Assembly: GCA_963730605.1 (NCBI GenBank)
Contig: CAVSSM010000002.1
Span: 192,001-256,000, forward strand
Length of the DNA stretch: 64,000 bases
Source: an uncultured Chlamydiae bacterium
GTDB lineage: Bacteria; Chlamydiota; Chlamydiia; Chlamydiales; SM23-39
Direction of reading: 5' to 3'
Under the pieces are notes generated by a model. The model was not told the origin of the DNA, searched no databases, and saw only the letters and a list, made by a program, of their open reading frames with translations. Positions 40,578 through 49,763 of this stretch are shown here, piece after piece. Every line of letters begins with the position of its first letter. Positions within the stretch are counted from its first letter, which is position 1. A program made the translations under genes and the position numbers.

Positions 40578-42395
40578 CTATCTCTTCGGTTTTGCAGAAA
40601 AAGCGCCATAGGGCTGCACTAGCAAAACCTCCTCTACTTTTTGAACCTGGTCCATCAAGAACCGAACCGTGTATCCCGCCAGCGATTTGACCGAAAATTC
40701 GTTTTTCGATTCGGGGACGAGTTCATAGCAGGGCTGCCCGGGAACAAGGGCGCAAAGGACCCCTTTGTTCAAAACGATCTCTACGATATAACCGTAAATT
40801 TCATAAACTCCCGTAAATTGCTTCAGATAGGCTTGCCCCGACAGGGATTCGGATGCTAACTTCCTGAACACCACATCGCCCGACTTTGGCTCGAAAGGAA
40901 TGATGAGCTTCTCAATTTCGCCGCTCACGCCGTTTTGAAAAGAGATCTTCGCTCCTTCGCGTGTGCGGAACATGTCTTGAGCTTCCTCGGAAATGACAAA
41001 CACGTCGTAATGCCAATGGTCGAGTAGGCATTCGAGGCCGTTCATAAAAATGGAGAGCTTTCCGTCCTTCTCCGTGATCGTGAGAGTTCCGTACCCCTCA
41101 TGGGAATACTCGCCGGCGTAGTCCTCGATCGGATGTGAGGGGTGCGTCCCCATTTTTTGCGCAAGGCCATCTTTTTTCATCGACTCGGCTTTAGCGTTCT
41201 TTGTTTTTTCAAGGGCGTCGACCCCTTCTTGCAGCCAATCGATGTATGGCAAACCGAGGAGGCTGTCGATGATTTGAAGGGATAAATAGCGAGGCAGAGT
41301 CGAAAGATTCTTGTTCGAAAGCACAATCATCCCAAGATCGCTTTTTGGCAAAAACCCGATGACCGAAGTGAAGCCGTCGACCCCTCCGTCATGGCTGATG
41401 TAGTAGTGTCCCCGGTAAGTTACAATGTTCCATCCCAAGCCAGTCGTAAAGATGGGCGATTCGTTCGTTTCGGGAGTTCCAGGGACGATCATTTGAGGGG
41501 TGTGCATCTCTTGCAAAGTAGCCGGGCTGATCAAAGATTTCCCTCCAAATAGGCCGCCGCTGAGATGGAGTTCTACCCATTTCGCAAGATCGATGACGCT
41601 CGAATTGATCCCTCCTGCAGGAGCGATCAGGCTAATGTCGCGAAACGTCATCCTTTTCAATGCGCCATCCTTTTTTTCCAAATAGGGCACTGCGAAATCG
41701 ACTTGCCTTTGCATGTCAGCGATCCTGAAACTGGTATGGGTCATTCCCAGAGGGCCTAGAATCCGCTCGGCGATGAGGTCTTCCCAGGACCTTGCCATCA
41801 AATGTTCCATGGCAAATCCGGCGACGAGATACATGAGGTTGTTATATTGATAGCGCTCCCTAATATCGCAAGAGGGTTGCAAATGCCGGAGGCGGCGCAT
41901 AACCTCCATCCGGGTCAAGGTGGAAGAATTATACCACATCAAATCATGCTGGGGCATGCCTGATCTGTGGCTCATGAGATCCCTCATCGTCAAATTCAAG
42001 GTGGCATGGCCGTCCCAAAGGCGAAATTCCGGATAGATATCGATGATCCGCTGATCCCAACGGATGCGCCCTTCGTCGACGAGAGTCCCGGCAAGAAACG
42101 AGGTAAAGGCCTTAGAGCAGGAGCCGATCGAATAAACAGTTTCGGCGCTCGCCGGAAGTAGGTTCTCCGCATCCCGCCAGCCGAACCCTTTAGCGTAGAC
42201 GAGCCGCCCTTCCGAGACGATCCCCAGAGATACTGCGGGCACTTGGAAATCTTTGAGCGCCGTGACGATCGCCGGCTCGAGTTCCTGCATGAGTTGGCCG
42301 ATCCTTTTTGCTTTAGGCGAAGAGGCATCGAGCCAGTCGAACTCTCCGGCATAGCAATGCGCAAGCGTCGCAACGAATAAAAAAAGGATTTTCAT
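40578..42395 (-). CDS. serine hydrolase (class C beta-lactamase/AmpH-like fold) with C-terminal extension
   Basis: SCSK, YNN, HDGG motifs; signal peptide. Confidence 0.85.
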   Translation of the reverse strand: MKILFLFVATLAHCYAGEFDWLDASSPKAKRIGQLMQELEPAIVTALKDFQVPAVSLGIVSEGRLVYAKGFGWRDAENLLPASAETVYSIGSCSKAFTSFLAGTLVDEGRIRWDQRIIDIYPEFRLWDGHATLNLTMRDLMSHRSGMPQHDLMWYNSSTLTRMEVMRRLRHLQPSCDIRERYQYNNLMYLVAGFAMEHLMARSWEDLIAERILGPLGMTHTSFRIADMQRQVDFAVPYLEKKDGALKRMTFRDISLIAPAGGINSSVIDLAKWVELHLSGGLFGGKSLISPATLQEMHTPQMIVPGTPETNESPIFTTGLGWNIVTYRGHYYISHDGGVDGFTSVIGFLPKSDLGMIVLSNKNLSTLPRYLSLQIIDSLLGLPYIDWLQEGVDALEKTKNAKAESMKKDGLAQKMGTHPSHPIEDYAGEYSHEGYGTLTITEKDGKLSIFMNGLECLLDHWHYDVFVISEEAQDMFRTREGAKISFQNGVSGEIEKLIIPFEPKSGDVVFRKLASESLSGQAYLKQFTGVYEIYGYIVEIVLNKGVLCALVPGQPCYELVPESKNEFSVKSLAGYTVRFLMDQVQKVEEVLLVQPYGAFSAKPKR

Positions 42396-42467
42396 GAAAG
42401 CCCCCCGATATTTCCTTTTTAAGGTGGGCTATCTTAGTTTAGCGTAAAGATAAAAACAAAGAACTTT

Positions 42468-42614
42468 TTACATAGAATTGAGATAGCTCAGAATGCCTGT
42501 CAAGATCAGCCAGATCGCGATGACATAGTTCAAAATCGCGGGCCAAACCAAGATGATAACGCCGGCGACGATCGAAAGCAGAGGATGAAGAACGGTATGT
42601 GTAGACCACTCCAT
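42468..42614 (-). CDS. 48-aa two-helix membrane protein (DUF3096-like), absent from the ORF track
   Basis: AGGAG RBS; MEWSTHTVLHPLLSIVAGVIILVWPAILNYVIAIWLILTGILSYLNSM. Confidence 0.75.
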   Translation of the reverse strand: MEWSTHTVLHPLLSIVAGVIILVWPAILNYVIAIWLILTGILSYLNSM

Positions 42615-42734
42615 AATGAAGGCTCCTTTCTTCTCGGATACTAAATGGGTCCATTGCCGTCATTAAAAAAAATTATATTGCAAAATTATCTGAGATGATG
42701 TTAAAAGTCCCTCTATTTTCAACCTGGTGGGTCT

Positions 42735-43403
42735 ATGCGAATCAAATCGGTTTTCCTTTTTGCCCTATTCTTCTTATTGTCGGTTTATGGGGAGGTTGTT
42801 GTGAAGGAATTGAGCGGCAAGCCGAGGATCTACCTGTTGCCGAATTTCCTGACGGATGCAGAATGCGATCACTTGATTGAACTTTCCAGAAGGTTCCTGA
42901 CCCAGTCGACCGTGGTCGACGAGGAGAGTCCCGGCGTTGGGAAATTGGACTCGAGGCGATCGAGCAAGGGATATTTTTTGACGGCGGAAGATAGAGACCG
43001 GAAGGTGAGAAAGATCGAGCAGCGGATCGCTGATGTGACGGAGCTGCCGGTGGAAAATGGAGAAGCGCTCCACGTCCTCCATTATCCGAAAGGGGCCGAA
43101 TACCAGCCACATTTTGACTGGTTTAACCCGGACACCCCAGGCGGGGCCGCTGCCATGAACAACCGGGGCGGGCAACGGGCAGCGAGCGTGATCATGTATC
43201 TCAATACACCGCTCGCGGGGGGAGAGACGGTCTTTCCATCGGCGATGGCCTCGGTCACGCCGAAAAAAGGGGACGCAGTCCTTTTCTATAATATCTTACC
43301 GAGCGGGGATGTCGACCCTTTGACCCTTCACGGCGGAGCTCCTGTCCTCGAAGGGGAAAAGTGGATCGCGACCAAGTGGATCCGCATCGGCGTGTTCCGT
43401 TAG
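42735..43403 (+). CDS. 2OG-Fe(II) prolyl 4-hydroxylase-like protein with signal peptide
   Basis: PRIYLLPNFLT.ECDHLI, YQPHFD, GGETVFP, LHGGAPV, KWIATKW. Confidence 0.88.
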   Translation: MRIKSVFLFALFFLLSVYGEVVVKELSGKPRIYLLPNFLTDAECDHLIELSRRFLTQSTVVDEESPGVGKLDSRRSSKGYFLTAEDRDRKVRKIEQRIADVTELPVENGEALHVLHYPKGAEYQPHFDWFNPDTPGGAAAMNNRGGQRAASVIMYLNTPLAGGETVFPSAMASVTPKKGDAVLFYNILPSGDVDPLTLHGGAPVLEGEKWIATKWIRIGVFR

Positions 43404-43405
43404 AT

Positions 43406-44046
43406 AGAACTGACGCATTAAAAAAATCAAAGAAGAATAGACGGTCGGGTTGCTTCCGTGCGCAGATCGCCGCCTGCTACGCGGCGGCCTTGTTCCGATT
43501 GTAGTATTTATTAAAATTTTAATAAACATACGCTCTATAATCAAAAAATCAGAGCCTTTATTTCATCATAAAATAAACTGAATGTTCTTATTCCACAGCA
43601 TTTCGTAATCGATATTTAAAAAACGCTGCTGCGTAGCAGGCGGCGATCTGCGCACGGAAGGGGCCCGCGAAGCGGGAACACGTGTGCAGCCGATGGCGGG
43701 TTCGGACAAAGAGCAATCCGCGCCGCAAAAGCGAGGAGGCGCACTCTGTGCGACGCACGAGCAAGGCGCGCCCCTAGGGGTCCCCGACGATGCATCATCG
43801 TTGGGGAATGGGGGTAGGGAGCGCTTCTGCCGCCGCGAGCAAGGGGTCCCAAAAAACGCATCGTTTTTGGGGTTCGCGTGGCAGGCGGCTATGCTATACC
43901 CGCGCGATCGGTGCTCGAAGTCCCAATCCCGCCACCTGGGCGTGCGGGGGCGGAGCGGAAAGGGGCCCCAAATCGTTTCGTTTGGGGAAAGTCCGCGAAG
44001 CAACTCGACCGTCTCTGGTTCTTTACCATTTTAATGCGTCAGATCT
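43406..44046. mobile_element. ~640-bp non-autonomous composite element E
   Basis: TIR AGAWCTGACGCATTAAAA, imperfect to ~50 bp; flanking direct repeat GTTCCGTTAGAT(AGAAC); internal 30-bp IR; three hairpin modules. Confidence 0.8.
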
Positions 44047-44117
44047 GTTCCGTTAGATAGAACATCTTCTTGGGAATCGGCGAGATCTGATATGATAGCT
44101 CGCTCAAAGGAGCTTCC

Positions 44118-45272
44118 TTGAAACATAAGTCGATCGTCTTATCAACCGGCATGGCCATGTTCTCCATGTTCTTCGGCTCGGGGAACCTCGTATTCCCCCT
44201 AGTCATAGGACAGTTAAGCCAAGGACACTATCTGGTTGCGGCCGCCGGCATTATTTTGACGGGCGTCCTCGTCCCCTTCCTCGGCATCCTAGCTATGCTT
44301 CTTTTCGACGGGAATCAAAAAGAATTCTTTTTGCGTCTTGGAAAACCAGCCACATTCTGGTTTCCCCTCCTCGCCATCTCGATCATGGGCCCCTTCGGAG
44401 TCTTGGCCCGCTGCCTCACGGTCGCGCACGGCGCCTTCCGCCTGATTCTCCCCGAGATCCCTCTTGCGGCTTTCAGCCTCGTGGCTTGCGGGGTGATTTT
44501 CCTCTTAAGCATTAGAAAAAGCAGGATCGTGCAGATTCTCGGCTCTATCCTCACCCCGCTTTTGATCCTAAGTCTTGCCGCGGTGGTCTGTTTTGCGATG
44601 GCTCGAGTAGACTTTCCCGTTGTTGCAGGGAGGGCGGGATCGGCCTGGACGAGCTTCAAAGAGGGAATCTTCCAGGGATACCAGACGATGGATCTCCTGG
44701 CCGCCTTTTTCTTCTCGGCTTTCATCATCAAGCATCTTAAAAGCCAGAATGCGATGCAGGAAACTCCCGCAAGGCCCCTTTCCGTCTTTTTGAAATCTTC
44801 CCTGATCGGCGCAAGCCTCCTTGCAGCCGTCTACTGCTTCCTCGTTTTGATCGGGGCCATGTACGCTCATGAACTAGGTTCGGTCCCTCCCCAAGAGATA
44901 CTCGGTTTCATCGCTCAAAAATCCCTGGGGCCCTTAGGGGCTCCCATCGTCTGCGCCACCATTATCCTCGCTTGCATAACGACGGCTGTCGTTCTGACCG
45001 TTCTTTTCGCTGACTTCCTTCGCATCGAAATCTCCAAGGAGCGGATTTCTCCCGCCCTTGCCCTTGGAGCGACTCTCGCAATCGCCTTTTTGATCTCAAC
45101 TCTCGAATTTTCAGGCATTGCCAAGATCATTGGGCCGATCCTCGAAATCTGCTATCCTGCATTGATTGTCATGGTTGTGTTGAGCATTTTTCAAAAGCTC
45201 TGGGGATGGAAATCGGTCCGTGGGCCGACCGCTGTCGCCTTCCTCATTAAACTCATTTCGCTCGGAATTTAA
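44118..45272 (+). CDS. brnQ: branched-chain amino acid transporter
   Basis: FSMFFGSGNLVFP, GYQTMDLLAA, ACITTA. Confidence 0.9.
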   Translation: MKHKSIVLSTGMAMFSMFFGSGNLVFPLVIGQLSQGHYLVAAAGIILTGVLVPFLGILAMLLFDGNQKEFFLRLGKPATFWFPLLAISIMGPFGVLARCLTVAHGAFRLILPEIPLAAFSLVACGVIFLLSIRKSRIVQILGSILTPLLILSLAAVVCFAMARVDFPVVAGRAGSAWTSFKEGIFQGYQTMDLLAAFFFSAFIIKHLKSQNAMQETPARPLSVFLKSSLIGASLLAAVYCFLVLIGAMYAHELGSVPPQEILGFIAQKSLGPLGAPIVCATIILACITTAVVLTVLFADFLRIEISKERISPALALGATLAIAFLISTLEFSGIAKIIGPILEICYPALIVMVVLSIFQKLWGWKSVRGPTAVAFLIKLISLGI

Positions 45273-45287
45273 AAGGCGGGTTAGTAA

Positions 45288-45686
45288 ATGCTTTGCCCTT
45301 GCTCTACCGGTCTCGATTATGACAAGTGTTGCGAGCCTTATCACATGGAATGGACTATGCCTCCCACGGCGCTCGCCTTGATGCGCTCCCGCTACTCAGC
45401 CTACGCTCTCGGCCTCGTCGATTATATTATCCAGACGACGCATCCGGAAAATACACGAAAAAAACCGGTGGACGAGATCCGCCGGTTCTCCCAGGAGACC
45501 CAATTCGTCAAGCTCGAGATCGAGGGCTATGGTGAGGATTGGGTGGCCTTCACCGCTCATCTGGTGCAAGGAGGGCATCCCGTCCTCCTGAAGGAGAAGA
45601 GCCGATTCGCCAAACTCAATGGCAAATGGCTCTACCTATCAGGCGTCGCCTTAACGGAAGCAAAATCCCGCGACGCCAAGGACTAA
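45288..45686 (+). CDS. YchJ family (SEC-C motif) protein
   Basis: CPC...YxxCC; ALMRSRYSAY; WLY. Confidence 0.85.
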   Translation: MLCPCSTGLDYDKCCEPYHMEWTMPPTALALMRSRYSAYALGLVDYIIQTTHPENTRKKPVDEIRRFSQETQFVKLEIEGYGEDWVAFTAHLVQGGHPVLLKEKSRFAKLNGKWLYLSGVALTEAKSRDAKD

Positions 45687-46844
45687 AGCGACAAAGACGG
45701 GCGCTCTGAGGGGCTTTACCTGGTAGAATGCGTAGGCGATATTCAAAAGGCAGAGGACGATCAGCCCGGGATAGAGGATTTCGAGGATAGGTCCCATGAT
45801 GCGGAGGATCCCCGAAAAGCCGAGGTTCGTGACCGCTGCCGTAACACCTAACGTCATGGCAAGTGAAGCTGTTGGAGAAATTCGGCCTCTGAAGAGATCT
45901 TGCCTCAAATAGTTCGAGAACACGGCCGCAAGAGAGATCGCCGTCGTCAAGCAGGCAAGAAACACCGTGGCCGCTGCGATGATGCCTCCCCATGGACCTA
46001 AGATCTTGATCGAGATGGCTTGCAAAAGATCTTCGGGTTGGACGTGCGGTAACTTCGCGCTGTGATGCGCTGAGAGCCAAGTGAGGCCAATGTAAGAGAT
46101 CGCCAAAAGTCCTGCGGCAACCAAGCTCGCCCCTGTCATTTTGCGCCGAACGAGCTGTTCTGTCGATGCATCAGCGCCCATCCCCGCAGCCAGGTGAGGC
46201 ACCACCATGGTGGCAAAAAGAAGCGCGGAAATTAGGTCCATCGTCATATATCCTCCCCGCAGGCCTTGCATGAAATGGAAAGCGGCCCCGTCTGGAACTT
46301 GCGGGGCAGGGGGTGCGACGACGATGCCAACGACCACTAAAACCCCAAGCGAGAGGAGAAATATCGGCGTCAGAACAACGCCCAAGAGGGCGACGAGCCT
46401 CTGGGGACGATAGACAAGGATGAACGAGAGCGCCGCGATGAAGACGCTCGCTACCGGAAGGGTAGCCCAAGAAAAATATCCTTTGATACTCGCGTGCATC
46501 AGGGTAAAAAGCCGGGACATGCAAAGAGGGCCTTGGGCGATCTGGAGCACGAGCAAAAGACAAAAGGCGGGGCCTTTGCCGAGACGCTCCAAAAACCGAT
46601 GGAGGCTTCCTTGGTAAAACATCATTGAAATCAAACCGAGAAGAGGAAATGCGACTGCGGAAATAGTGAATCCGAAGAGGGCGGCTGGGGTTTGAGATCC
46701 GGCCGATTTGCCGACTAGGAGAGGGAAAATCAGATTTCCTGCGCCAAAGAACATGCAGTAAAGAGCCATGCCTGTAAAAAAGATGCCGGCGCGCTCCTTG
46801 AGTTTCTTTCGGGGTTTCTCATGAATTGTTGCGGTTGTTGCCAT
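45651..46844 (-). CDS. brnQ: branched-chain amino acid transporter (second paralog)
   Basis: MFFGAGNLIFP, GYMTMDL, ACLTTA. Confidence 0.88.
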   Translation of the reverse strand: MATTATIHEKPRKKLKERAGIFFTGMALYCMFFGAGNLIFPLLVGKSAGSQTPAALFGFTISAVAFPLLGLISMMFYQGSLHRFLERLGKGPAFCLLLVLQIAQGPLCMSRLFTLMHASIKGYFSWATLPVASVFIAALSFILVYRPQRLVALLGVVLTPIFLLSLGVLVVVGIVVAPPAPQVPDGAAFHFMQGLRGGYMTMDLISALLFATMVVPHLAAGMGADASTEQLVRRKMTGASLVAAGLLAISYIGLTWLSAHHSAKLPHVQPEDLLQAISIKILGPWGGIIAAATVFLACLTTAISLAAVFSNYLRQDLFRGRISPTASLAMTLGVTAAVTNLGFSGILRIMGPILEILYPGLIVLCLLNIAYAFYQVKPLRAPVFVALVLGVAGFCFR

Positions 46845-46915
46845 AAAGTCTCCTTAAGCAGTTCTCCCGCCGGAGCTTCTTTGGTCTTACTTGGGTTTTT
46901 GGGATCTTGAGAAGG

Positions 46916-47062
46916 TCAGGCGAGAAGGGGGTTAGGTTGAGCCAGCGGTGCAACCCGTGGACACGCCCATCCCCGTTGTGGAGTTACCCACGCCGGCTCT
47001 GAAACTGGAGGTGGAATTGGCGTTCCCGTTATGCATCATCAACTCAAGGCCATTGCCTGATG
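46916..47062 (-). ncRNA. rod-shaped structured RNA, candidate 6S-like RNA or brnQ leader
   Basis: Nested minus-strand helices UCAGGC/GCCUGA, UUGAGUUG/UGGCUCAA, UGCA/UGCA, GGA-ACGCC/GGCGU-UCC with an asymmetric bubble; begins at the predicted TSS. Confidence 0.55.
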
Positions 47063-47068
47063 GTAGCC

Positions 47069-47097
47069 ATTCTAACACACACACCCCATATCGTCAA
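47069..47097 (-). promoter_or_regulatory. sigma66/70-type promoter
   Basis: TTGACG-17-TAGAAT with extended TG. Confidence 0.75.
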
Positions 47098-47105
47098 ACC
47101 CCCCG

Positions 47106-48122
47106 TTAGCCTTTTCGTTTTTTGAGGGTGTCCTGAAAAAATTCGATGGCAAATGCAGCAACTTCGCGATGGAGCTCTTCGCGGTCGCAGCAAGGGGGAT
47201 CGCTTTGCAGCGGTTTATTGAGGATGACTTTTCCGGTGTCGGTAACCCGGTTTAGAAGAGCATAATGGGAAATTTCTGCCCTGAGCATTTTTAGTTTTTT
47301 TGGGACCAAGTAGTGGATGATCTGAAAGGCGTGATCTTTAAAGGGAAGCACCTCGTCGCCAATGGCAGCGACAAGCCCGATCGGGGTTGTGATTTGTTTC
47401 AGCGAATCGGGAGTGTAAACGAAAACCGCGGGGCAAAGAAGAAGCATCGCCTTGATGCGGGGATCTTTGTACGACCTTGCGGCAGGAGACAAATCAAAGC
47501 GGTCGATCAGCTTCTCAGGCAGGGCGCTCCGGGTTAATTTCAGGGCAGCTTGCTTCACTCTGGCATTCTGGGCTTGTCCGCCGGCTAAAGCAAGGCCTGT
47601 CATCCCTCCCATCGAATATCCGATAAATCCGATCCGGTTGAAGTCGATGTCGGCTTGAAAGAGGTTGTCTTTTTTCAACTGGTTGAGAAGAAATGTAAAA
47701 TCAAGAGGCCGGTTCCAAAAACGGAGGCTCTCCAAGATATCGGAATGAAATCGCATGTCCCCGTAATGATCGACCGCCGCGACCAGGTAGCCCGCCTGGA
47801 CCAAACTTGCCGCAAGCCAGCTCGTTTCGCGCCGTCCTCCACAATGGCCATGGGATACGAGGATGAGAGGATATTTTGCCTTCGCTTTCAAGAGAGGCGC
47901 GTTGCGTACTTCCTTGGGATGCACCCAAATATGATCAGCCGATTCATCGATGGGCTTCAGGGCCGCGGTAGGATACCAAAGCTCGACGACGACAGGACGG
48001 TTGCGGGACGTGTCTAAATAGTCGATCGTCCGGACGCCGAGCGATTTCTCTGGATGCGAACGGTGCATCGCAAGAAGAGGCTGGCAAAATGCGAGGACAA
48101 GGAAAAGAAAAATCCTGACCAT
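47106..48122 (-). CDS. exported alpha/beta hydrolase
   Basis: Signal peptide; SHG; GYSMGG nucleophile elbow. Confidence 0.8.
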   Translation of the reverse strand: MVRIFLFLVLAFCQPLLAMHRSHPEKSLGVRTIDYLDTSRNRPVVVELWYPTAALKPIDESADHIWVHPKEVRNAPLLKAKAKYPLILVSHGHCGGRRETSWLAASLVQAGYLVAAVDHYGDMRFHSDILESLRFWNRPLDFTFLLNQLKKDNLFQADIDFNRIGFIGYSMGGMTGLALAGGQAQNARVKQAALKLTRSALPEKLIDRFDLSPAARSYKDPRIKAMLLLCPAVFVYTPDSLKQITTPIGLVAAIGDEVLPFKDHAFQIIHYLVPKKLKMLRAEISHYALLNRVTDTGKVILNKPLQSDPPCCDREELHREVAAFAIEFFQDTLKKRKG

Positions 48123-48136
48123 AAATGGAGTTTAAT

Positions 48137-48838
48137 TTATCGGGAGATTGGCAACAAGGCTACGACGCGTGAAAAGGCTTCCGTGGCGTCCCTCAGCTTG
48201 GGAGGCAGACAAAGGGCATAGGCGCCAGATTCTGGGATGAGGTCGAGGTGGGCAAGGTTTTCGAGGATGTATTTCCCCGCTCCCAAAATGCATTGGTGAA
48301 CTGGGAATGCATCGGTGTTCGAACCATCGGGCGATAAGGTGTCGATCCCAATGCCGGCGACTTTTTTGCGAAGGAGGAGTTTGGCTGCGTCTTCGGAAAA
48401 TCCCGGAAAATGCATTTTGCCTGCAACGTCAGGATTGCGGAAGCGTTGCGGCTCGGTCCAAAACTGCTCCCATCCAGTGCGAGCGATCACGAGAGCGTTT
48501 TGCGGGATGGAACCGCACCGCTTTTCATACTCTTCGATATCTTGAGGAAGAACAAAGAGATCGGGATCCATTCTGCTCCTCAGGTCGAGAACGCAGGCCG
48601 GAGTGAACAAGTTCTCGATCTCCAGATCTCCAATGTTTTTGCCGCCAGGGACAAAATGGCTCGGCGCGTCCATGTGGGTCCCCACGCCAGCATGGCTCTT
48701 GATATTTTGGACGCGAAGACCCTTTTCATAGTCCAATTTAACTTCGAGGCGAAATCCGCATCCTCCCGACCACGTAGGCGCCCCTTCATGCAAGGAATGA
48801 GTCAAGTCGACAAGGCGAAAATTTTTTAAAACATCCAT
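48137..48838 (-). CDS. cyclase family metallohydrolase (kynurenine formamidase-like)
   Basis: GTHMDAPSH, GIGIDT, ILENL. Confidence 0.85.
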   Translation of the reverse strand: MDVLKNFRLVDLTHSLHEGAPTWSGGCGFRLEVKLDYEKGLRVQNIKSHAGVGTHMDAPSHFVPGGKNIGDLEIENLFTPACVLDLRSRMDPDLFVLPQDIEEYEKRCGSIPQNALVIARTGWEQFWTEPQRFRNPDVAGKMHFPGFSEDAAKLLLRKKVAGIGIDTLSPDGSNTDAFPVHQCILGAGKYILENLAHLDLIPESGAYALCLPPKLRDATEAFSRVVALLPISR

Positions 48839-49698
48839 GAGCTGAAAAAGCGGACCGTTTTTTCCCAGGCGTCGGTTTTTGCCCGCTCATTATCGCGCGG
48901 ATTGCCGCCGAAGGCAAACCAAATTTTCGCGATCGGGTGCAACTCGGCGACGCCCTCCGTTGACGAGATGCCGTGGCCTGCCCTTGGATAGCTCAAATGA
49001 ACGCAGGAGATCGATGAACCCTTGGCTTGCAGCCTCTCTTGAATCAGCTCTGCGAAGAGAGTCGATGGCCACATTTGGTCATCTTCGGCCGAGATGAGGA
49101 GCAGCGGGCAATCGATTTTTTCCACAGGGATCTGCGATGCGGCGAAAGCGGCTTTGTCTTTCATCCCTTCGAGAAAAAAAGGAGTCAAGGCTAAAGCCGA
49201 CTCGGGAGTTTGGCCGAGGAGAGCACCGCTCGGAACCCCCGGAAAAGGAGCGCTAGGTCCAAGCGGCCGGCCCCGGTAGACCCAAGCCGGAGCGGGGCTT
49301 TGGATCGATCCGTAGATCGCGCTCGTCGGAACGGTCGCAGCGATCGCGGAGAACTTGGCAGGAAAAGTCGATCCAAGGAGAAGGGAAAGCTCTGCGCCGC
49401 GGGATACTCCCCATAAAGCGATCCGCCTCGGATCGATAGAGGGATGACGCATCGCCCAGTCGATCGCCTTGTCGAAATATTCGAGAGGGATTTCTTGCAG
49501 TGATGGAGGAAGTCCAGGGGTTCCGAAATAAGCGAGGCTGAGCGCCGCAAAGCCAGAGGAAGAGAGCTTTTCGGCTCTCGACTCATTGATCCCTCCCCGA
49601 AACCCTCCCAAAGTGATGATGAATGGATGGGGACCTTGTTTTTCGGGGAGATACAACGCGCCGACAAGGCCGAAATCTTGTACAGGTATCCGGTGCAT
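48826..49698 (-). CDS. acyl-CoA thioesterase / BAAT-family hydrolase
   Basis: EIPLEYF, GVSRGAE, DDQMWPS, YPRAGH. Confidence 0.85.
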   Translation of the reverse strand: MHRIPVQDFGLVGALYLPEKQGPHPFIITLGGFRGGINESRAEKLSSSGFAALSLAYFGTPGLPPSLQEIPLEYFDKAIDWAMRHPSIDPRRIALWGVSRGAELSLLLGSTFPAKFSAIAATVPTSAIYGSIQSPAPAWVYRGRPLGPSAPFPGVPSGALLGQTPESALALTPFFLEGMKDKAAFAASQIPVEKIDCPLLLISAEDDQMWPSTLFAELIQERLQAKGSSISCVHLSYPRAGHGISSTEGVAELHPIAKIWFAFGGNPRDNERAKTDAWEKTVRFFSSWMF

Positions 49699-49763
49699 TT
49701 ATAAGATTATCGAAAAAATTACGACACTCGTCAAGAATCAGTCTTTGGTTTATGGGAAGGGGT

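Noticed and set aside
42439..42663. 74-aa ORF in the track
   Set aside because: The overlapping 48-aa frame has a better RBS and a coherent membrane-protein composition.
43984..43997. GGGGAAAGTCCG resembling RNase P RNA
   Set aside because: The remaining conserved RNase P motifs were not found, and it lies inside element E.
43566..44060. ORFs inside element E (likewise ORFs at 52835-53213, 1278-1551, 28363-28602 and 37472-37843)
   Set aside because: No transposase motifs; spurious frames across MITE DNA.
46945..46960. T-box-like GGGTTGCACCGC upstream of brnQ
   Set aside because: Lacks the UGGN needed to pair with tRNA NCCA; no Stem I motifs or terminator; no match to SAM, TPP or cobalamin consensus either.
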